Assembly (NCBI GenBank): GCA_965202655.1 | Contig: CBDBBK010000001.1 | Span: 296,797 to 360,796 of the forward strand | Direction of reading: 5' to 3' | From: Vicinamibacterales bacterium | Lineage (GTDB): Bacteria > Acidobacteriota > Vicinamibacteria > Vicinamibacterales > UBA8438 | DNA length: 64,000 nucleotides | In this document: piece by piece, positions 36,873 to 43,427 of the stretch | How the letters are laid out: each line of letters begins with the position of its first letter | How positions within the stretch are numbered: position 1 is the stretch's first letter | Program-made: the position numbers and the translations under genes | The notes under the pieces: model-generated | The model's database searches: none | Told to the model about the DNA's origin: nothing | What the model saw: the letters and a program-made list of their open reading frames with translations, nothing else

Positions 36873-37139
36873 ATGGCTAAACAGTTTCAGACGTTTGAGG
36901 ACTTCTACGACTACGCCCGAAACAAGGCGGCGGAGGACGAGGAGTTCAGGTCCCGCCTGCTCGCAGATCCCAAGGCGGTGATCGAGGAAGAACTGGACCT
37001 GTCCATTCCGGACGGTCTCGATATCCAGATACACGAGGACACTGCCACGACCTCGCACTTCGTGCTTCCACCCTCGGCCAAGCTCGCCGAAGAGGACATG
37101 CGCGCCGTCGCCGGCGGCGGCTGGTGCTGCCCGGTCTAG
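36873..37139 (+). CDS. NHLP (nitrile hydratase-like leader peptide) family RiPP precursor
   Basis: AGGAG (36861-36865) lies 7 nt before ATG 36873. The product is MAKQFQTFEDFYDYARNKAAEDEEFRSRLLADPKAVIEEELDLSIPDGLDIQIHEDTATTSHFVLPPSAKLAEEDMRAVAGG-GWCCPV. The FxxxLLxxPKAxIExEL...P.G..I...E.T....xxVLPP...L..E....VAGG pattern is the NHLP leader. Confidence 0.85.
   Translation: MAKQFQTFEDFYDYARNKAAEDEEFRSRLLADPKAVIEEELDLSIPDGLDIQIHEDTATTSHFVLPPSAKLAEEDMRAVAGGGWCCPV
37119..37136 (+). other. Predicted core peptide GWCCPV (or WCCPV) after the double-glycine cleavage site
   Basis: The leader ends L(-12)AEED M(-7)RA V(-4)AG(-2)G(-1), matching the hydrophobic -4/-7/-12 spacing of C39-processed double-glycine leaders. 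Only 6 codons remain before TAG at 37137. Confidence 0.6.
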
Positions 37140-37270
37140 CTCCGGCAAGCTGTCTGGCTTGTCTGGTCAGCTCCAGGCGACCGTCCGGCCCCGTCGAGGC
37201 AGGTTGCTGCGGCTGACGGCGATGGGGTCAGGCAACTCGGCACGCGTCTGAGCGACGGGCTCGGGGTTGC

Positions 37271-38323
37271 TTGCGCGTGAGTGACAGCCTGTCCTTCGGG
37301 GGGCTTCTCGGAGGAATGCAGCGGCTGTTCCCGCAGGCCTTGCTGAGTGGAGACGGCCTCGAGCGTCTTCTGGCAGCGGCGGAACGATTGCCGCTTTGCG
37401 TGATCGACAAGCCATTCGGCTTCGAGTTTTCGCTCTGCAACGAAGCGGCTGCCGCGGATTTTTGTGTGATTGCCGCCCCCGGCTCCTCCCTTGCCGCGCA
37501 CTACATCCGTGCAGGCGCGGCAGCGCCGACCGGGTCCGCCGCGTCAGCCCTGGGCGCCTGCCTTGCCGGGAATGCCCGCGACCCCGCTTCCTTTCTTGCC
37601 AGCAGAGACGGCAGCATCATCCTCGAGTACGACGTTCCAGCGCATTGTCGGGAGGCACCGCCACCGCCCGGCATCTTCTTCGTGCCCGGCGACGTTTCGG
37701 TCGATGCCGCAAAGAAACTCCTCGACGATCCGGCCGACACCGTCGCCGCGCTCTGGGCCGCGGCCGGTTTGCGCGCCGACCCTGCGGAGTTGCGCCAGGT
37801 CGAGCGCGTGTCCGAGGTTTTCTCCGACGCCGCGTTGGTCGTCCAGGCGGGCGTGTTGCCGGGGCGGCCACAGCGCGCCGTGCGCCTCGTCGTGCATCGC
37901 ATCGACACCGCCGAGCTTCCCGGCCTGCTCGATCGGCTCCGATGGCCGGGACCTGCCGATACGGCCCTGTCGGTGACAGCGGCGACGAACGACCTGACCT
38001 CGCCCGGCGCCGTACTCAGCCTCGACGTCTCGGCGACCGGCGTCTCGCCGCGGCTCGGGCTGGAGTTGTTCCGGCCGGTGCAGCAGTTTTCCATCGACCG
38101 CACGGGCTGGCTGCCCATGATCGAACGGCTGACGGACAGACGGTGGTGCGTGCCTGCGAAGGCCGAGGGCCTGCGCGCGTGGCCGCGCACCGAACGGGTG
38201 CTCGGCCCCCACGGCGCCTACCGGGTTTACCAGTACATCAACCACGTCAAGGCCGTCGTGGATCATGGTCGCATCGTCGCCAAGGCCTACGTGGCCATGG
38301 TCGTCCGCCAGTTCGGCGGATGA
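37271..38323 (+). CDS. Hypothetical protein, 350 aa, no family recognised (candidate RiPP tailoring or recognition protein)
   Basis: ORF with TTG start at 37271. The start is uncertain; GTG 37277 and ATG 37316 are alternatives. Coding-like composition. It sits between the precursor and the CoA-transferase genes on the same strand. Confidence 0.6.
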   Translation: MRVSDSLSFGGLLGGMQRLFPQALLSGDGLERLLAAAERLPLCVIDKPFGFEFSLCNEAAAADFCVIAAPGSSLAAHYIRAGAAAPTGSAASALGACLAGNARDPASFLASRDGSIILEYDVPAHCREAPPPPGIFFVPGDVSVDAAKKLLDDPADTVAALWAAAGLRADPAELRQVERVSEVFSDAALVVQAGVLPGRPQRAVRLVVHRIDTAELPGLLDRLRWPGPADTALSVTAATNDLTSPGAVLSLDVSATGVSPRLGLELFRPVQQFSIDRTGWLPMIERLTDRRWCVPAKAEGLRAWPRTERVLGPHGAYRVYQYINHVKAVVDHGRIVAKAYVAMVVRQFGG

Positions 38324-38354
38324 GGCGGTGGAGCCGACCAGCGGAGGGTGTGTC

Positions 38355-39569
38355 TTGCCTGCATTGGACGGCCTGAGGATCCTCGACCTGACGCAGTTCG
38401 AGGCCGGTCCTGCTTGCACGCAGGCGCTGGCCTGGCTGGGCGCCGATGTCGTGAAGGTGGAGAAGCCCGGGCGCGGCGACCGGGCCCGCGGCGCGGACAG
38501 CGCCCGCAACGAAGCGTACGCCCCACTGTTCTGCGCCTGGAACGCCAACAAGCGGAGCCTGGCGATCGACATCGGCAGCGAGCAGGGCCACGCACTGTTC
38601 CTGCGCCTCGTGCCGCAGTTCGACGTGCTGGTGGAGAACTTCGGGCCCGGCGTGATGGAGCGGCTCGACATCGACCCTGACGCGCTGCGCCCCGTTGCTC
38701 CGGGGCTGATCTACGCACGCATCAAGGGTTTCGGAAACAGCGGCCCGTACGCCAGCTTCGCGGTCCAGCGGCCGATCGCGCAGGCCGCGGCCGGCGCACT
38801 TTCGATCAACGGACAACCTGACGGCCCCCCGACGATACCCGGCTCGATGGGCGATGCCAGCGCCGGGACGTATGCGGCGGTGGCCGTGCTGGCCGCCTGG
38901 GCGCAGAAGTTACGCACCGGCCGGGGTCAACAGATTGACCTCTCGATGCAGGAGGCCATGACGTTCTTCGTGCGCGGGCGCGGCGCCCTCGGCTCGCGTT
39001 GGGGCGCCCGGGCGGCGCCGCGCAGAGGCAACGCCGGCGACGCGCCGCCGGGCGATCTCTATCCCTGCAAGCCGTTCGGCCCCAATGACTACGTCTATCT
39101 CATGCCGATGACGGAGATCCACTGGGCATCCCTGTGCAGGGCCATGGGCCGACCCGAGCTGCGCACGGACCTGCGCTTCTACAGCATGCCCTGGCGCATC
39201 CAGAACCATCGGGCGCTGCACGCGGAGATCAGCTCCTGGACGAGAGCACGAACCAAGTTCGAGGCGATGGAGACCCTGGGAGCCGCGGGCGTCCCTTGCA
39301 GCCCATGCCTGGACACGACAGAGCTGCTTCGCGACAGGCACCTGGCCGAGCGCGGCTTCATCGAGGAAATGGACCTGCCGGTGCACGGCAAGGTGCGCGT
39401 GCCGGGCTTTGCACCACGCCTGTCCGGATCGCGGGTGCCGGTGAAGCGCCCGCCCCGCCTGGGGGAGCACACCGACGAGCTGCTGCGCGCCGAGCTCGCG
39501 TTGGACGATTCCCAACTCGATGCACTGCGAGAGGCCGGGGTGATCGGCGGCCCGCCGCGATGCGACTGA
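38355..39569 (+). CDS. Family III (CaiB/BaiF-type) CoA-transferase, copy 1
   Basis: ORF 38265..39569 trimmed to TTG 38355, 6 nt after GGAGGG, giving (M)PALDGLRILDLTQFEAGPACTQALAWLGADVVKVEKPGRGD. This parallels the ATG-initiated copy 2. GDASAG carries the putative catalytic Asp. 404 aa. Confidence 0.85.
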   Translation: MPALDGLRILDLTQFEAGPACTQALAWLGADVVKVEKPGRGDRARGADSARNEAYAPLFCAWNANKRSLAIDIGSEQGHALFLRLVPQFDVLVENFGPGVMERLDIDPDALRPVAPGLIYARIKGFGNSGPYASFAVQRPIAQAAAGALSINGQPDGPPTIPGSMGDASAGTYAAVAVLAAWAQKLRTGRGQQIDLSMQEAMTFFVRGRGALGSRWGARAAPRRGNAGDAPPGDLYPCKPFGPNDYVYLMPMTEIHWASLCRAMGRPELRTDLRFYSMPWRIQNHRALHAEISSWTRARTKFEAMETLGAAGVPCSPCLDTTELLRDRHLAERGFIEEMDLPVHGKVRVPGFAPRLSGSRVPVKRPPRLGEHTDELLRAELALDDSQLDALREAGVIGGPPRCD

Positions 39570-39594
39570 CGCGCCGAGTGCCCGGAGGTGCGAG

Positions 39595-40809
39595 ATGCCG
39601 GCATTGGATGGAATGAAAGTCCTCGACATGACCCAGTACGAGGCGGGCCCGTCATGCACGCAGGTGCTGGCGTGGTTCGGGGCGGACGTGGTCAAGATCG
39701 AGTCGCCCGGACGAGGCGACGGCGCCCGCGTGTTCGGCCGCGACGGCTCCAGCGGCTACTCGGCGTTCTTCTGCGCCTGGAACGCGAACAAGCGCAGCCT
39801 GGCGGTGGACCTCGGCCGCCGCCGGGGCCGGGAGTTGCTGCTGCGCCTGATACCGGCGTTCGACGTCTTCGTGGAGAACTACGGTCCCGGCGTGATCGAA
39901 CGGTTCGACCTCGGCTACGAGACGCTTGGCGCCATCAACCCGGGCCTTGTCTACGCCCGCATCAAGGGTTTCGGCGCCAGCGGCCCGGACGCGGGCTACG
40001 ACAGCGTCGACCCGACGGCGCAGGCCGCCGCCGGGGCATTCTCCGTCAACGGCGAGGCGACCGGGCCGCCGCTGATGCCCGGTCCGACGATGGCCGACGC
40101 GGGCTCCGGCCTGCAGGCGGCGCTGGCGGTGCTGGCCGCGTGGACGCAGAAGCAGCGGACCGGTGAAGGGCAGTTCATCGAGTTGTCGATGCAGGAGGCC
40201 GTAACGTACTACCTGCGCTCCCACTTCTTCGGACGCTCGATGAGGCGTGGGCAGGCGGCACCGCGCACCGGCAACAGGGTCGGGCTGCCACCGGCCGGCT
40301 TGTATCCGTGCAAGCCGTTCGGCGCCAACGACTACATCTGTCTCCAACCTCTCACCGAGGGCCACTGGGACGCCCTGTGCCGGGCGATCGACCGCCCCGA
40401 CCTGCGCGCCGATCCGCGCTTCTGCAGCCCGCGCTGGCGCCTGCAGTACGCTGACGCGCTGCGCGAGGAGATCGGCTCCTGGATCCGCGAACGCACCAAG
40501 TACGAGGCGATGGAGACCATCGCCGGCGCCGGCGTGCCCTGTGCGGCGTGTCTGGACACCGTTGACCTGCATAGGGACCGCCACCTGGCCGCGCGCGGCT
40601 TTATCCACGATCTGGATCTGCCGGTGCACGGAAGGGTGCGGATGCTGGGGTTCGCTGCGGGGCCTTCGGCGGCGTGCGCCGCGATGAAGCCCCCGCCCAG
40701 GCTTGGCGAACATACAGGCGAGGTGCTCAACGCGGAGTTGGACCTGAACGACGCGGAAATCGAGGCGCTGCACGACGCCGGCGTCATTCGGGATGCCGCT
40801 CGCCGGTAG
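39595..40809 (+). CDS. Family III (CaiB/BaiF-type) CoA-transferase, copy 2
   Basis: MPALDGMKVLDMTQYEAGPSCTQVLAWFGADVVKIESPGRGD; ADAGSG Asp motif. It is 404 aa, the same length as copy 1, and about 60 percent identical to it by eye. Confidence 0.9.
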   Translation: MPALDGMKVLDMTQYEAGPSCTQVLAWFGADVVKIESPGRGDGARVFGRDGSSGYSAFFCAWNANKRSLAVDLGRRRGRELLLRLIPAFDVFVENYGPGVIERFDLGYETLGAINPGLVYARIKGFGASGPDAGYDSVDPTAQAAAGAFSVNGEATGPPLMPGPTMADAGSGLQAALAVLAAWTQKQRTGEGQFIELSMQEAVTYYLRSHFFGRSMRRGQAAPRTGNRVGLPPAGLYPCKPFGANDYICLQPLTEGHWDALCRAIDRPDLRADPRFCSPRWRLQYADALREEIGSWIRERTKYEAMETIAGAGVPCAACLDTVDLHRDRHLAARGFIHDLDLPVHGRVRMLGFAAGPSAACAAMKPPPRLGEHTGEVLNAELDLNDAEIEALHDAGVIRDAARR

Positions 40810-42127
40810 GCGAACGCCGCGCTTCCGCAAGCTCATGACCTCGTCTCCTCGCCTTTCGCACGACAATCCTCCACCCTCGCACCCGCGCGATTTCGGCGGC
40901 CTCGTCCACGGGGCTCCCGCCAGGAGCGTTCATCCCTCCTCTGCCCGCGAGGTCTCGCTTGCGTTTCGTGCGGCTCGCTCCGACGGGCTCCCTGTCGCGG
41001 TGCGCGGCGCGGGACACTCGCAGTCGGGACACACCGTCCTTCGCGATGGGATGGTCATCGATACTTCACGTCTTTGCGGGGTAACGCTCCATGAGGGGGA
41101 CATCCTCGAAGTCGGCGGCGGCCAGCCGTGGGGCGGCGTCATCGACGCGCTGCACGGGACCGGGTTGACCGTGCCGGTGCTCACCGACAGCGCCTTTCCG
41201 ACCGTGGGCGGAACGTTGTCGGCAGGTGGTTTCGGCACCGCTTCGGTGCGCTTCGGCGCGCAGGTCGGGCACGTCGAGCGCCTCGAAATGGTCACTCCCG
41301 CGGGCGATCTCGTGACGTGTTCACGCGAGGCCGAGCGTGAGCTCTTTGACGCGGTACGCGCTGGACAGGGTCAGTTCGGGGTGATCACCCGGGCGTGGCT
41401 GCGGCTTCGCCGGTGCCCTTCGCGTATTCGCTACTATCGCTTGCGCTACGTCGACATGGATCGTCTCGCCGACGACGTGGAGCGTCTGTATTCGGATCCT
41501 CGCTATGGCCACCTGCGTCTGGAGCTTCGGCCGCATGCGGGCGAAGCGCTGTTTGACATCGGCATCGAGTACGAGCCTCCCGGACCTTCGCCCCTCGAAC
41601 TTCTTTTCGGTCTCGGTTGCGTTCAGGCGCAGTTCTGGACTGACGCCGACGACATCGGCCGCGCCGGCCTCATTCCGGACGATCAGTTTCCGAGGCAGCG
41701 CTTTTATCCCTGGCGCGACTGGTTTCTTCCGTGGAGTGCGCTCCGTCGACTCCTTGCACGTCCGCCCGTGCCCCTCGACCGGCTTCCCGACCCGCCCGGC
41801 TGGACCGGTTGCTTCTTCATCGGCGGCGCGCACATCGATGCGCCTGCGCTCGTACTGCCCCCGGGCGACCGGTTGTTCACGTACTCCGTCCTGCCCATGT
41901 TCGAGCGGCGCGCGGACGCGCTCGAGGCCGCCGCCCGTCTCGACGTTGCCGATCGCGTGATTCGCGATCTCGGCGGTTGCGCTTACGTGTCGGGCGCGAC
42001 CGGCTACGATGCTTCCCGCTGGCGGGCGCATTTCGGGGAGGCGCGCCATGCCCGTCTCGTCCGGCTTCAGCGTGCTGTCGATCCTGCCGGTCTTCTTCGC
42101 CGGCCGGGGCTTCCCTTCTGCGCCTGA
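40793..42127 (+). CDS. FAD-binding PCMH/VAO-type oxidoreductase (cytokinin dehydrogenase-like)
   Basis: VHPSSAREVSLAFRAARSDGLPVAVRGAGHSQSGH (FAD_binding_4-like with a GHS His), TVGGTLSAGGFG, and ELFDAVRAGQGQFGVITRAWLRL. The start is ATG 40793 (17-nt overlap with the upstream gene) or ATG 40835. Confidence 0.8.
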   Translation: MPLAGRRTPRFRKLMTSSPRLSHDNPPPSHPRDFGGLVHGAPARSVHPSSAREVSLAFRAARSDGLPVAVRGAGHSQSGHTVLRDGMVIDTSRLCGVTLHEGDILEVGGGQPWGGVIDALHGTGLTVPVLTDSAFPTVGGTLSAGGFGTASVRFGAQVGHVERLEMVTPAGDLVTCSREAERELFDAVRAGQGQFGVITRAWLRLRRCPSRIRYYRLRYVDMDRLADDVERLYSDPRYGHLRLELRPHAGEALFDIGIEYEPPGPSPLELLFGLGCVQAQFWTDADDIGRAGLIPDDQFPRQRFYPWRDWFLPWSALRRLLARPPVPLDRLPDPPGWTGCFFIGGAHIDAPALVLPPGDRLFTYSVLPMFERRADALEAAARLDVADRVIRDLGGCAYVSGATGYDASRWRAHFGEARHARLVRLQRAVDPAGLLRRPGLPFCA

Positions 42128-43350
42128 GCGGGGCGTTGGACGGGCTTCTGCGCGAGAGCGGCGTCGACGAGCTCGCGGAGGGAACGTGCCTGGAGTTTTA
42201 CCCGGGCGGCGCGCAGCTCGGAAATTGGAACGGGAGGACCACCCCAGGCCACGCCCCGGCGCAGTGTGACAATCACGGAGCGCCACCAACTGTAGACGAT
42301 GACCGCACTGGCCACCGGAAGCGCCAGTCCGGTCCACCACCGGAAGCGGGAGGCTCGGGCGATGTAGATGGCGACCCCCCAGGCAGTCACTGCAGAAGCA
42401 GCGAACAACGCGGCGGCCGCAGCGTCCACGGCAGCCAGGGCGGCGCCCAGCACGACCGGTGCAATCCCCATCCACAGCAATCCGACCGTCTGCACCAGCA
42501 CGGCCGAAATCCGGTAGTCCTGGAGGGCGAAGAAATTGTTCGCCGTTCCGTGGACCAGGTCCCGGACGGACTGATACCACTCGCATCGCACCCCGGATTG
42601 GGCGCGGAGCAGGTCCGAGCAGCGGCCGGTCAACTTCACCAGTCGACCCAGTTGACGGGCCTCGTCGGGGCGCAGGGCGACCTGCCTGTGTCCCCCGATG
42701 GCGTGGTAGGAATCCGCCCGGAACAGGTTGCAGGCGCCGCTCCCGAAGGAGGCCGTGCTCCCGGAGTCGCGAACCTGCCAGAGCCTCCCCGTGACGTGCG
42801 CGCCCCAATGGAACACGATCACGCAGGCTTCCAGCATGGGCCCCGGCATCGTCAACGTGGCCAGAACGGCGACATGGTCCAGCTTGTTTCTCAGGAGGTG
42901 GCGCACCCCGCGCCTCACCGCCTCCTGCCCGAACACCACGTCCCCATCGGTAAAGAGGAGCACGTCCCCGCTCGCAGCCAGCGCGCCGCGCCAGCAGGCG
43001 TGGTTCTTCCCGAACCATCCCGCGGGCAACTTCTCGATGTGAATCACCTTGAGACGGTCGTCCCGCTCGCTCAGCCGATCCGCGATCTCGCCGGTGCGGT
43101 CGTCGGAACGGTCATCGACGAAGATGACCTCGTAGTCCGGGTAGTCGAGGACGAGCAGCGATGCGAGCGCCCGTTCCACCCGGAGATCCTCGTTCCGGGC
43201 AGCCACCACCACCGACAGCCGGGGAAACGGCGGATCTTCGTCGCTGCGTTCCCCGATCTCTTCGAGACTGAAGACGTGCTGGTAGCTGTAGAGGGTGATG
43301 AGCGCCATGGCCACCCAGATGACCAGTGTCACGGCGGCGATGATGAGCAT
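42067..43350 (-). CDS. Integral-membrane family 2 glycosyltransferase (CrtQ/hopanoid-associated GT-like)
   Basis: N-terminal TM segment, LSVVVAARNE, VIFVDDRSDDRT and FTDGDVVF (DxD-type), then several C-terminal TM segments. Its 3' end overlaps the convergent flavoprotein gene by 61 nt. Confidence 0.8.
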   Translation of the reverse strand: MLIIAAVTLVIWVAMALITLYSYQHVFSLEEIGERSDEDPPFPRLSVVVAARNEDLRVERALASLLVLDYPDYEVIFVDDRSDDRTGEIADRLSERDDRLKVIHIEKLPAGWFGKNHACWRGALAASGDVLLFTDGDVVFGQEAVRRGVRHLLRNKLDHVAVLATLTMPGPMLEACVIVFHWGAHVTGRLWQVRDSGSTASFGSGACNLFRADSYHAIGGHRQVALRPDEARQLGRLVKLTGRCSDLLRAQSGVRCEWYQSVRDLVHGTANNFFALQDYRISAVLVQTVGLLWMGIAPVVLGAALAAVDAAAAALFAASAVTAWGVAIYIARASRFRWWTGLALPVASAVIVYSWWRSVIVTLRRGVAWGGPPVPISELRAARVKLQARSLRELVDAALAQKPVQRPAQAQKGSPGRRRRPAGSTAR

Positions 43351-43427
43351 GGTGGTGAATGTCGTCCGCGCTTCTCCTCACCCGGCGCCATGTGGGGCAG
43401 AAGCGTCGGCGTGGGGCGCTCGCGCCC

